From Nematocida ausubeli (taxonomy: Eukaryota), in the NCBI RefSeq assembly GCF_000738915.1, contig NW_026515635.1, positions 186,001-250,000 on the forward strand: DNA of 64,000 bases, read 5' to 3'. The stretch's first letter is position 1, and the number at the start of each line of letters is the position of its first letter. A program made the position numbers and the translations under genes. The notes below the pieces were generated by a model. That model did not search any database, was not told the DNA's origin, and saw nothing but the letters and a program-made list of their open reading frames with translations. Positions 11,400 through 22,520 of this stretch are shown piece after piece.

Positions 11400-12437
11400 A
11401 TGTTTGAAGAAATATTAAAATACAGATATTCCAGGGGATTAGCAAAATACAACAGAATAAAGCCTTTTAACCAAGGTATTTTAAAAGTAGTTATATACAT
11501 GGTGCTTATATGCATATATTTAAATACTGTGTATTCTAGTGCAGTAAAGATAGATTGCTTAAAGAAAAATGAAAGGTCAAGGTTGGAGATAGTGGATGTT
11601 TCAGAAGAATTCTCATCAGAAGATAAAGAAACAGTGACAGAGCCAATAGTAGAAGACCCAGATGATGATGATGATTCATCCGTAGATGACAGTCCATATC
11701 CTTATGGTCTTCTGGAACTAGAATCCACGGATGATTCATCAGAAGGCAGGGAAGCAGAGATGAACAATCCAATAGTTGAAGAACCTGCAATAAATGGTAA
11801 CCAAGGAGTAGATGCTGCAGTAGGCATAGAACGAGCAACTTCTTCGCCGACTGCAACAGAATATTGGGAAGCAATAAATAGTAATGCAAGCCTTATAGAG
11901 TACATAGAAATCATCAAGAAAGACTATAAGGCGTATAAGCGCAGAGTACCAGAAGTGGATGACAATGTGAAAAATCTGGACACTTTGGAGGATCTAACAG
12001 AAGAACAAAAAGCCCCATATATGGAGATTATGCACCAGTTCAAACTAAACCTCCATGCAGTCCACTGTGCATTATATCGTCTATTAAAAGATGTAGAAAA
12101 GTGTTCTAATGAAGATATAAAAAAGCCTTTTAAAAGTACAGAAGAACCTTTAGAAGAAGACTTTGAGGCTGCATTTACAAGAAGGTTTGGAGAGCCCTTA
12201 AATCTAGTCACACCTTTAGAGTGTTATGCTTTAGCAGCCAGACAGATTTTTATGTTGATTCAAAAAGCATTTGATGATTTAAATTACGTTAATAATATTA
12301 TTACATCGCTAGAACCAAACAGAATAATATCATATATGGATAGAGTAAAGAATTGGTGTAGCCGCTTGACTGATAACACAGGAGAATTGCACAGATTATC
12401 AATCAGACCCATATACAGCAACCCTTCTATAGAATAA
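11400..12437 (+). CDS. Hypothetical secreted or membrane-anchored acidic protein (345 aa)
   Basis: Hydrophobic segment VVIYMVLICIYLNTVYS, then an acidic low-complexity region and a helical C-terminus. Confidence 0.7.
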   Translation: MFEEILKYRYSRGLAKYNRIKPFNQGILKVVIYMVLICIYLNTVYSSAVKIDCLKKNERSRLEIVDVSEEFSSEDKETVTEPIVEDPDDDDDSSVDDSPYPYGLLELESTDDSSEGREAEMNNPIVEEPAINGNQGVDAAVGIERATSSPTATEYWEAINSNASLIEYIEIIKKDYKAYKRRVPEVDDNVKNLDTLEDLTEEQKAPYMEIMHQFKLNLHAVHCALYRLLKDVEKCSNEDIKKPFKSTEEPLEEDFEAAFTRRFGEPLNLVTPLECYALAARQIFMLIQKAFDDLNYVNNIITSLEPNRIISYMDRVKNWCSRLTDNTGELHRLSIRPIYSNPSIE

Positions 12438-12761
12438 ATTACCCTGAAATAACCTACAGTGCAGTGCAGTGCAATTTGAAATTCTAAAAAAATCTACTAG
12501 TAAGAAGCCAAAAAAACACTACTGCATAGAAGAAGAGAACAAGCAAAAATAAAATATATAAATTATATTAAAAACACAAATATATAAGGATATATCACAA
12601 GAAACACCTTTATTATATAAATATCCAGTAATATTCTATATAAACCCATTTGAATATTCAAAATTCAAAGAAAGTTCCTGAAATTTCCAGAAAAATAAAA
12701 CTATAAATTTGTTTTTTTATTGCCCCTGCAGGAGTTTTTAATAACTTTAATAATTTCTCAG

Positions 12762-12881
12762 AAAGGTCAAATTGATATAGACCTAGGCACGTCTATAAAC
12801 TGACCTTAATAGACGCACATCCGTCCATATTCGGTCCTTCATACAGGCAATAGACCTAGGCACGTCTATAAACTGACCTTT
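12762..12881. repeat. Two identical 31-bp hairpin-forming direct repeats with a 42-bp spacer, bounded by an inverted AAAGGTCA/TGACCTTT pair
   Basis: ATAGACCTAGGCACGTCTATAAACTGACCTT at 12777-12807 and 12850-12880. Confidence 0.9.
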
Positions 12882-14814
12882 TTCCGAGTGTTTAGTGTAC
12901 TGCGAATACATCTATCAGTACAATATTATTAGAAATTAGTAGAAGTAGTAGTTAGTAAGAGTAAGTATGTATGTAGTAAGTATGTAGTTATATAGAGTAT
13001 AACAGTCCTAGACACGGGGGCATTTCTCTTGGTCTTCGAAAAAATTTTGCATCAATTCAATCAGACCGTTTTTTTTGATATACGGATTATTTCGGTAAGT
13101 AATAGTTCCATACTAGACAGTGTATGTGTGGTCAGTTCGCATGGTAGTAAGTTGATAATAGAGAAGAGAGTACTACTTAAGCATGGAATAGCAGATAGGT
13201 TAGTTGGGTTATTAGTCCTAGCCTTTATAGTGTTGGCAGTAGTTGGCTTCTCTGTTGTATCAATGCCAATTTGGTTCATGATATATTAACTGCTGGTCCC
13301 TGAGAACAAATAAATCAAATTCATACCGTAACAATCCTGCTTCTATTCTGTTTCCTTCTAATTCCGTATTAATACTCAGTACCTTAGTGTTGTTTGTTGA
13401 ATCTCCCTTATATGCAGTGCTTCTATACAGTAATTCTATTATGTGAAATTCCTTAATATTCCATCTTCATCCGTATTCATGCATATCTTGTAGTACTTCT
13501 AGACTACTTCTATAGAACACATTCTGGAACTGTATTTTAATTTCGCTTGTATTCTAGTACTATGAAATATATTTCAAGGAATTTCTGGAAGAATCAAACT
13601 ATAAATTGACTTTGAAATTGTTCATTACAAGGTTTGTTTAGATAAGTTAGTACAAAATCAAAGTGAACTTGTCTATATGCAGATATATCTATGGATCTAC
13701 TGACAAATACACTGTGTAAGTGTATAATTGTAGACCTCAGTATGTCTTTAAACTGCTGAGGAATGGTTGTTTATTATCACATAAGAACTGTGTATTGGAT
13801 AGGTGACTGTGTTATGCCCTGGAAGTAGTAGCTTAGTAGGATATAATCTTGTTACATGAAGAACACATATTCATCTCCTACAAATTTACGACCTTACATG
13901 GTAGGAGACTGTTTAGAATGTTCTTCCATCCTCCCATTGCAGAATTGTGTTTAAATTGCACTTTTTGATGGCTGTTATTGCAGTCCTTCTAGTGCTTATT
14001 TCCTTCTGCAAGTACAAGAGAATATTCGAATGAGTGGAAGAGGAGACTACGTTATAGGAAATGACACGGGGCTCTACAAGGCATAGAGTGCAATTATAAG
14101 TAGTACAATATAAGGAAATAATTAGTCTTTATTGTAATCTAAGGAAAGAAGGTTATGAATACGAAAATATTCATATTTCTTGTTTTCTTGCTATTATAAT
14201 ATGCCTTGGGGTTTGAGTTGCTATCTGATCGAGTGGTTGCTTGTCTCTGTAGTTCTCTAGTGCACCTGGAAGTTCTTGCATGTGATCTTAAAATTAGATC
14301 TTTCCTTTGGTTATGTGATTTCCATACTCAAATAACCGTTTTTAATAAAGATATCATATCTAAATGTGATTATTCTTGGTGGTATTGTTGGGTTTCCTTG
14401 CCTTTATCCTGGTCTATACGGGATATTTCCATGTGCTAATTTCCATGAATATCATTGTACTACCACAGGAGCAGAGTGAATTATCCTGTGAATCACAGAC
14501 ACAGAGACAGACCATTATAAAGACGCAAGAATTTATATAGAATGAGATTAGTCCTTCTACAATATAAATATCCATTGATAAATATTCCTGTAGAAATATC
14601 TTTATATTCACTCACTACAAAGACAAGTCCATTTCTTCAATTTTCTGCACTCTTGAAGGAAATTCATAAAAGCCCTTTTCTGTCATAATCTAATCTTACA
14701 TGAATATATAGACTAAATAAAAGGAAGAACATGAGATAAGACATCCATATGCAGGCATATTCCATTGGGATTCTGATCTGACTAAAGTATAAATTCACAC
14801 GGGTTTTCTTTTTT

Positions 14815-16356
14815 ATGAAAAGAAAAGAGGAGGATCTGCCGTACACTGGAAGGACATTCGTGGTGACTGGAACCACAAAAATGTCCAGAGAGGATTTAGT
14901 AAATAGAATTAGGGAGCTAGGAGGGAAAGTCACACTAAGTGTATCTGGGGCTACAACATTTTTACTAGCAGGATCTGAGCCAGGACCTGCGAAATTAAAG
15001 AAGGCAGTGGCTCTGGGGACAAAGGTGCTTTCAGAAGAAGATTTCATGGAAATGACCAGCCACTACATCATACAGCCTATAGAAATAAAAAAGACAAAAA
15101 GTGAAAATACTTCTAAGGAAAGATGGTGTGATAAGTATAAGCCAGCTACAACATCAGAAATTGTTGGGAATAAAATGGCAGTTACACAGCTTAAGACCCA
15201 TCTGCTGTCAATGTCCCGGGTTCCCATTGTGTTAGTAGGGTCCTCTGGCATAGGAAAGACACTCTCAGTGTATTTGGCAGCAAAGGAACTGGGGATCTCA
15301 TTGATTGAATATAACGGATCTGACTACAGGAATAAGCAAGAAGTATCTATAATTAAAGGACTTTCCACACAGAAGTCTTTGACACGAGATATTCACCTCC
15401 ATAAAAACAAGGCACTCCTTATGGAAGAGATTGAAAATATGACATCAAGTGACAGAGGAGGCCTACAGGAAGTACTTAATCTCTTTAAAGAGACAAAAAT
15501 ACCAATAATCCTGACAGCAAATAATAAAAACAGCCAGAACATAAAGACAGTACTTACTAAGTGCAAAGTCATCTCGTACAGTAAAGTAGATAGTAGAAGT
15601 ATAGTTGCGCACCTGAAGAATATTGCATCTAAGGAAGGAATATCTGTGCCTGAGAATACGCTTATGCAGATATCTGTGACTGCAAATGGGGATGTCAGGT
15701 ATGCTGTGAATATGCTGCAGTACCTGAGCAAAAAGAATAAAATATCCACTGAAGATATCAGAATAATGGGGAAGCACATGACAAGCAACAACCTATTTGA
15801 TGTAACCAAGGAAATATTACAGCCCCATGTGTCTCCTGCACAGAAAATTGACTTGTTCTTTGAAGAGCCAATGTTTGCACTTCTAATGGTCTTTGAGAAC
15901 TACCTAGGAGAAGGCACCATAAAGAATGCAGCTGAGATATCTGATACTTTGAGTATGGCTGAGATAGCAAATGCACGTATGCTGAATAGTGATGAAAAAA
16001 GACTATTCCCTGTGGCTGCATATTATACGGCAGTCAAGCCAAAGATACATGCTACAAACAGACTTGCGTTCAGTAAGTACCTGGGGCAAATGTCTTCACT
16101 CGCTGCCTCCAAGAAAAAACTCGTTAAAATCATGAATGAAGCCCCAAAAAGAAGCCTGCATGGGGGATGGTCTACTTTGTACGATATTCTCTCAGTGATG
16201 AGCCTGCTAGAGAGTAAAAATACCCCAAAGAAGGATGTTTTAGAATACATCCAGGGCCTGCACATGGACAAAAATGTTCTTCAGTTATTCAGTGAGCTAA
16301 CAGAGATTAAAATTAAGCCAGCCTCACTGCCTTTAATTAAGCCCCAAAAGGAGTAG
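14815..16356 (+). CDS. RFC1: Replication factor C large subunit
   Basis: N-terminal BRCT (GRTFVVTG..SREDL..LGGKVT.SVS..GPAKLKKA), WCDKYKP box II, Walker A GSSGIGKT, SDRGG and GDVR sensor. Confidence 0.92.
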   Translation: MKRKEEDLPYTGRTFVVTGTTKMSREDLVNRIRELGGKVTLSVSGATTFLLAGSEPGPAKLKKAVALGTKVLSEEDFMEMTSHYIIQPIEIKKTKSENTSKERWCDKYKPATTSEIVGNKMAVTQLKTHLLSMSRVPIVLVGSSGIGKTLSVYLAAKELGISLIEYNGSDYRNKQEVSIIKGLSTQKSLTRDIHLHKNKALLMEEIENMTSSDRGGLQEVLNLFKETKIPIILTANNKNSQNIKTVLTKCKVISYSKVDSRSIVAHLKNIASKEGISVPENTLMQISVTANGDVRYAVNMLQYLSKKNKISTEDIRIMGKHMTSNNLFDVTKEILQPHVSPAQKIDLFFEEPMFALLMVFENYLGEGTIKNAAEISDTLSMAEIANARMLNSDEKRLFPVAAYYTAVKPKIHATNRLAFSKYLGQMSSLAASKKKLVKIMNEAPKRSLHGGWSTLYDILSVMSLLESKNTPKKDVLEYIQGLHMDKNVLQLFSELTEIKIKPASLPLIKPQKE

Positions 16357-16430
16357 TTCTTGGTTTGTTTGCTTCCCTGGAGACTGCAGATTATTTTAGT
16401 CGTAAATAGAAGCAAAATGTTTTAATTCAG

Positions 16431-17015
16431 ATGAAGAAGCTACAGCAGAAAACAAAGACGAAAGAAGACTGCTTAGAGGAAATAGAGGCACAGAACTACA
16501 AAACCTCATTGGAAGCCAGAAAAACACTTAATTCCATTCTTAGAACAACAGACAAGACAACAAATATGATATACGAGCAGAGAGAAGTTCTTGAAGAAAT
16601 AAGAGATGAGTCTTACTTTGCAAGGGATAACTTGGAGAAAAGTGCTAATCTTACAGTTAAGATGAAAAGAGCAGGAAAACTTCTTGTTGTAGGAGATAAA
16701 GTCTCTGATAAAATAAAAAGCCTTTTCAAATCTGCCCCAAAACCAAAGCAAGACTATCCTAATTCAATCACTCCATCTGACACTACAGAAAGAAGCATGG
16801 AAGAGTTCTTTTCTGAAGATAAATCTGCTGTGAAGGAGACAACAACGGATGTCTTAATGTCAATCCGGAATGGACTAAAGACACTCCACACAAAGCTTGC
16901 AAACCAGAATAAAGAACTAAAGAATCAAGTTCCCTTAATTGAAGATATAACTGAAACAAATGCAAAGTCATCCACAAAGGCAGAGAAGGTCATGAAAAGC
17001 TTAAGAAAAATATAG
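16431..17015 (+). CDS. SNAP-25/Sec9-like Qbc SNARE
   Basis: Two coiled-coil SNARE-like motifs with central Gln (IYEQRE, LKNQVP) separated by a linker. No TM segment. Confidence 0.6.
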   Translation: MKKLQQKTKTKEDCLEEIEAQNYKTSLEARKTLNSILRTTDKTTNMIYEQREVLEEIRDESYFARDNLEKSANLTVKMKRAGKLLVVGDKVSDKIKSLFKSAPKPKQDYPNSITPSDTTERSMEEFFSEDKSAVKETTTDVLMSIRNGLKTLHTKLANQNKELKNQVPLIEDITETNAKSSTKAEKVMKSLRKI

Positions 17016-17022
17016 AATAAAT

Positions 17023-17493
17023 ATGGAAATATTCCATAAAATAATGAAAAAACCACTCTCTTTGCTGCGTGTTGAGGCAGAGTATAAAGAGCTAATATTT
17101 GGAGAGAATGAAAGTGTGGTTCTTGTGACAAATGAAGATGGAAGTTCAGTGCTTAAGTACACTCTAAGACTACTCGATGGATATTTTAAAGGGCACACAT
17201 ATGCATTTCAGATTAACATTCCATCAAACTACCCGTTTAGTCCTCCTAAAGCTGTCTGCCTAATGAAAGTCCTTCATCCATCAATCGACTCACTTGGGCG
17301 CATCTGCTTAAATATAACGAGAGAAGACTGGAGTGTACAGCAAGGCCTGCAAGTGGTTCTCTTTGGTATTTCTGCAATGTTTTACGATGTCCCAACAGAA
17401 GACCCGTTTAATAAAGAAGCACATGAAATACTCATGCGCAGCCCAGCAGACTTTATAGCAGAAGCCCAGGCAGTATATAATAGTAATATTTAG
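17023..17493 (+). CDS. UBC12: NEDD8/Rub1-conjugating E2 enzyme
   Basis: YPFSPPK and HPSIDSLGRICLNITREDWS match the Ubc12 catalytic signature (CLNILREDW). Also EDPFNKEA. Confidence 0.8.
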   Translation: MEIFHKIMKKPLSLLRVEAEYKELIFGENESVVLVTNEDGSSVLKYTLRLLDGYFKGHTYAFQINIPSNYPFSPPKAVCLMKVLHPSIDSLGRICLNITREDWSVQQGLQVVLFGISAMFYDVPTEDPFNKEAHEILMRSPADFIAEAQAVYNSNI

Positions 17494-18111
17494 TATGAAA
17501 ATATTCAATGAATTATGCAATTGCATGAGTATATGCAGATTTGTCTATAGACTAGTATATATAGGAGATTACTGCTGCATAAACAGTTTGCTTATTGTGG
17601 GTGTCTTCTGCAGATACATTTATGCTTTGGGTTGATTTAGGTGTGAAAATTCCCATTAAAAATAATAAACAGAAATTCATACAACAGAACACATATTTAC
17701 CCTTAACCATACATAGACAGTAAACCCTTTTACTTCTATGTACTATATATGTACTATATATGTGCATATTCCATGGGATTATATCAATCCTATGGGGTGC
17801 AGTTTAATTATGTCATTTCTGGTACTCTGGTACTCTTATTATGTGATTCTGCTGGGTTAATTCAGGTTATTACTACTTACACAATCTAAAAGATATCTTA
17901 TGCTGCTGTTTTATGGAAAATTACCATAGCTGTAAATACTAAGCACTCTAATAATTTTATACAGTTATTTTCCATCTAACCTTCTTAAATATACTGCATA
18001 CACTGTGATTATGGCAAAATAACTGAAAAATCACCAAAACATTAATTATAAGAACAGTGTTATAATTAGCTCTGGATATAGCTAATTTTTAGGTGAAATT
18101 TTAAAATTAAA

Positions 18112-19971
18112 ATGTATGTGCTCACGCGTGCTACTGACTATATTCTGCGTAATAGTAGGGAAGGAAATAATTACTCAGTTGAAGTACTTTTCTATTCTAT
18201 TATACTCTACATAAATGATATTTTCAAGGAGAAAGTGGATTTTAGTGGATGCATTTTGGCCATCTCCATGTCAGAGTACATTGTAGTTGTTCTTTCTACA
18301 GGCTTACATATGTATGAGTACTCTGAGACTAAAGGACTTAAATGCATTCAAATTATTCCTATAGAAGAAATAGTGGCAGCTGATGCAGCTGATGAATATA
18401 TCTTGCTGAGTATCCTCTCAAAGGACATAATTACAACTACGTTGTACAATGCAAATACCTCAATAGAATTCACTGTAGAGAGCATAGAAGGCAAAAAGTA
18501 TGAAGAACCCAGGATTTTCATAGAGAGAAAATCAAAGGATAAAACAGTCATATGCATAGAATATACTAAACACAGAATGTACATATGTGATATAAACAAT
18601 ACTTTCTTTGAAGACACAGAATATACAGATAGAACAAAATTCTTTAAAGAAAATGAAATATGCAGGTACATATTCATAGACAAAAGGAACTTGCTCAAAA
18701 TATCTGGGCAGAAGGTGGTTCACATGAAGATGAGCATGCGCAGGGAAATTGCCTTTATACCTGGATTTATAAAAGTAATAAAAAATATTCATGGAATAGA
18801 AATACTTACAAAAAAAGAAAAGTACGTTGTGTCCAGAAGGGAAAATAAATATATCCTGCAAAGGACCCTAATAAAGCAGACTGCGAGTGTAAAGAAGGAG
18901 GGAGATGGAGATGGGGAGATTCTTTTGATAGAACCAGAAAGTTCCAAAAGATCCCCTAGGTCTGTCTTACTGAGTCCTTCTCTATTTACATATAAATTTG
19001 AGAATTATGTGCACCAGCTACATATTACAGGCATAATTGAAATATTCATGGACTTAGATGGGAAGTTAACCTATTTGAGAAGTATTGGGCCAGTGGATAT
19101 CATTGGACCAACTGGCTTTTATTGTTTCTCAACGCATAATTCTTCCTTGGTGGTTTTAGTGTATGGTTCTCAGATTAAAGTATTTGAGTACTCGCCTGCC
19201 TTGAAGGTAGAATCTGAAATGCACACTGCAAGTGGGATTGAGAGAGTGGAGAGATTTAGGAAGGAGATTCTTGTGAAATACCGCACTGGCTACATAAAGT
19301 ATTTCTTGAACAAACAAAAGGCTTTGGAAGGAACTAATTTCTCCTTTACTGGTGATGAATTTGTCTCTTTAGATGCTCCAAATATGAACGTACAGCATAC
19401 TCCAGTAACAATTACTAAGGCAAGTGATGGAGTGGTTTCTGTGCTGTGGAATGACTTGGTGATTGCGAAAGACACTCATATCTCATGTTTTCACCTTTTG
19501 CACAGTGGATACGTATACGCAAGTGGATTTCAGCTTGTACTGAACTCAAAAAGCATCTATTTTTCTTATGCCATTTGTTCTCTCTCTGTGTATAATACAC
19601 CCACCCGAAGTACTGTACTTGTGCATCTAATAACTGGAACTGTGCACCTTCTTTCTGTTGATAATGGTGCAGTAGTGGGCAGAGTAGATATGCCTCATAA
19701 ACTGTCTTCTGAAAGGCTAGTAATGCTGTCACTTGACTCTTTCATGAGTATTGCAAGAAATACTCTGACAATATTCGGAGGAGATGAGTATATACAGCCA
19801 ATTCTGCGTGCATCTTTCCCTGGTCAGATAAAAGACGTATGTGTTGCAGAGGATAATATTGTGGTTGTAACAAACAAAGGGGCTGTATATTCCTTGCAAA
19901 AGTCAAATTTATACTCTAAATACAATCAAAATGATGGTGGTTTTGTTGGTGCTTTTTGCAGTGATTTATAG
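18112..19971 (+). CDS. Hypothetical beta-rich protein, possibly a divergent multi-propeller
   Basis: 619-aa ORF rich in beta-strand-like segments. No diagnostic motif. Confidence 0.7.
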   Translation: MYVLTRATDYILRNSREGNNYSVEVLFYSIILYINDIFKEKVDFSGCILAISMSEYIVVVLSTGLHMYEYSETKGLKCIQIIPIEEIVAADAADEYILLSILSKDIITTTLYNANTSIEFTVESIEGKKYEEPRIFIERKSKDKTVICIEYTKHRMYICDINNTFFEDTEYTDRTKFFKENEICRYIFIDKRNLLKISGQKVVHMKMSMRREIAFIPGFIKVIKNIHGIEILTKKEKYVVSRRENKYILQRTLIKQTASVKKEGDGDGEILLIEPESSKRSPRSVLLSPSLFTYKFENYVHQLHITGIIEIFMDLDGKLTYLRSIGPVDIIGPTGFYCFSTHNSSLVVLVYGSQIKVFEYSPALKVESEMHTASGIERVERFRKEILVKYRTGYIKYFLNKQKALEGTNFSFTGDEFVSLDAPNMNVQHTPVTITKASDGVVSVLWNDLVIAKDTHISCFHLLHSGYVYASGFQLVLNSKSIYFSYAICSLSVYNTPTRSTVLVHLITGTVHLLSVDNGAVVGRVDMPHKLSSERLVMLSLDSFMSIARNTLTIFGGDEYIQPILRASFPGQIKDVCVAEDNIVVVTNKGAVYSLQKSNLYSKYNQNDGGFVGAFCSDL

Positions 19972-20778
19972 CACTGTGAAAGTATCCATATACTACTATT
20001 TGTATGCTTTCTAATTCTTGTATTAAATAATTCTCTCAAACATATACTTTAATTACTTTTTCTAGCAGAAGTATCCTTATAATTTATGAGATATGGTGTC
20101 TTGCTAATTTATATGCAGATTAGTTTATATCATTATGTCTCATCTGTGCCAATTAAAGAATTCACCAAATTGCATTGAATGCTAATATATACGTTTCTGA
20201 TTCTTTCTAGCCTGAATTTAAGCTCTCATGATATTATGTGTGCTAGAACTTATTTTGTCTTGTATTTTTGTACTTTTTGTTCTTTTTCTTGAATGTAAAA
20301 TAAAACCCTCTTGCTGTACTAGGGAGAAATAGACAGATTTTAATTTTATCTTTTCAGAATAAAAATAAATAAATATTTCATAAAGAGATAAAACTACATC
20401 TACTCTAACATGCAGTGTATATCTCGTGAAATAATCTTATTTAATACAAAATACCATGCTGGATAGAATATATGCAATATATAACAAAATAATTAGTTTA
20501 TTGTATGGCCATAATCCGTAAAAGGTGTTTAATATGTGCTAGATAAGATCTTACATGGGATATACTGACAATATATTCTCATGTGTATGCAGTACTATCT
20601 CTATAGATATTTATCTGCTGGATAGTTTCAGGTGCACTTAAATACCAGAAACAAATAATTGCACTGCATGCATTTTTGTCCTTATAGTTGCTAGTGTTGA
20701 ACGACCTTCTATTTAGTCTATAATTTGTGGATTTTCAATCAAGCAAAACGGAAAAGATATATGCAGCACAGTATGGCC

Positions 20779-22278
20779 TTAATTCTTTGAAAGCCCATTA
20801 CGTATAAATGAGAGATCCACTCTATGCCCTACTAGGTCCCTTATGTTATTCATCTGTCTTCCTATCATGACAGGCCTTTCCAGGGAAATCCCCCATCCAA
20901 TTACACGCACATTCTCTGGGTACCCCATTGGAAGAAGCATCTCAGGCCTAAACATGCCAGAATTACCTATCTCCATCCACCGCTTCATCTCTTCATGGTA
21001 TCCAAATACTTCCATGCTTGGCTCAGTATATGGATTGTAAGCTGGCTTGTACTTTATCTTGGTTATCCCCAGGTTCTTGAAAAACTCTTCCATGAATCCC
21101 ATTAGGTGGGATATGGTTAGACCTACTCCCATGATTATTCCTTCTACCTGATGGAACTCAGCCAAGTGCGTGGCATCTAGTGTTTCATTTCTAAAGACTC
21201 TGTCAATTGAGAAGTACTTCCTGGAATACTCGTGCTCCTGGGCCTTAGTAAAGTCTATTTCCTGCGATAATTTATATAGCAGCCTGGTGGTCACTGCAGT
21301 TGTGTGAGTCCTGAGCACATTCTTCCTGGACTCTTCCAAGCTCCAAGGGGCCTTGTACCCAGAAGACCCGTATCCACCCACAGTGTGCACCATTCGCACT
21401 CTTTCCAAATACTCACTCTCTGGGTCCTTTGCATTTGCAGGGTCTTCCATGAAGAAAGTGTCTTGCTCGTTTCTTGCAGGGTGCCTCTGTGGCTGGAACA
21501 GTGCATCAAAGTTCCAGAAGGATGACTCAATGTACTTTCCTGCATCCATCTCTTCAAACCCCATCTGCAGGAAAATATTCTTGACCTTTTCTCTCTCTAT
21601 GGATAGTGGGTGCAAAGCACCTGCGTACTTTGAGGGCGTAGACACAATGTTGAAATTATATTTCTTCAGATTTTTTGCTAGCTCCATGTTATTAAGCATG
21701 TCAACTGTTATGTCACTGACGGTTGATGCAGCAGCAGAAAACATAGTTCCTTTCTTTAGTGTATAATGGGTGGTTTTCTTCTGTGTCACAAGCTTTCTTT
21801 TTTTGAGCTCTGCCACCTCCTTTGCTGAGAGGCCTTCTATCCCTTTCAGCTGGGCCTGTGTGGTATCACTCTGCACCTCCTGGTTTCTGTCCAGCTTGCC
21901 ATCTCTGACTGTCAATATTTTCATGCGCATTCCGTTATTTTTTCCTCTTTTGATAAATTCCTGGATATCTTTATCTGTTTTTTCACTGAATTGCTCAGTA
22001 CCCTGCAATTTTGTCTGCAGCTCTAAATCATCCAGAGGCATTTCCAGCAGAGAATATATAATGTGCTCTGCTGATCCATACTTCACAATGTCCATGCCCT
22101 CCCTAGAGACAATTATTTCCTCCCTCTGAACAGGTGCAATTTGAATTCTTTCAAATGACTCAAGCCTTTTAACTGCGCCTATTACTTCATTGTACTCTCC
22201 TTCAAGTGTTGTAGTCTCTATTTCATCTGCTGTCTCCAAGGCAGCCAATATCTTTGCTTCAATATCTTCTATACCCAT
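20779..22278 (-). CDS. FRS2: Phenylalanyl-tRNA synthetase alpha subunit
   Basis: [62 protein letters not shown] and WGISLER. Confidence 0.97.
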   Translation of the reverse strand: MGIEDIEAKILAALETADEIETTTLEGEYNEVIGAVKRLESFERIQIAPVQREEIIVSREGMDIVKYGSAEHIIYSLLEMPLDDLELQTKLQGTEQFSEKTDKDIQEFIKRGKNNGMRMKILTVRDGKLDRNQEVQSDTTQAQLKGIEGLSAKEVAELKKRKLVTQKKTTHYTLKKGTMFSAAASTVSDITVDMLNNMELAKNLKKYNFNIVSTPSKYAGALHPLSIEREKVKNIFLQMGFEEMDAGKYIESSFWNFDALFQPQRHPARNEQDTFFMEDPANAKDPESEYLERVRMVHTVGGYGSSGYKAPWSLEESRKNVLRTHTTAVTTRLLYKLSQEIDFTKAQEHEYSRKYFSIDRVFRNETLDATHLAEFHQVEGIIMGVGLTISHLMGFMEEFFKNLGITKIKYKPAYNPYTEPSMEVFGYHEEMKRWMEIGNSGMFRPEMLLPMGYPENVRVIGWGISLERPVMIGRQMNNIRDLVGHRVDLSFIRNGLSKN

Positions 22279-22520
22279 ATGAAAAAACCATAAAAATAAT
22301 TTTTCATATTAGAAGGAACAGCTGTTCTTTACTATATAGAGGGTAAATAAATGGATTTTCTGGGGGAAATATGGATATGCAGGAATGCATGACTAAGGCA
22401 CTAAATCTGTAAGAAATTGGAAACTGAGTAATTATATCGGCTGTTTTATGGTCTGGTCCTTCTGTGTAAGGTTTTAAATAGAATTGAAGGGTACTGTATA
22501 TTTGGCATTTTATTGATACG

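Noticed and set aside
12777..12880. CRISPR array (31-bp hairpin repeat with 42-bp spacer)
   Set aside because: Only two repeats, a eukaryotic context and no cas genes.
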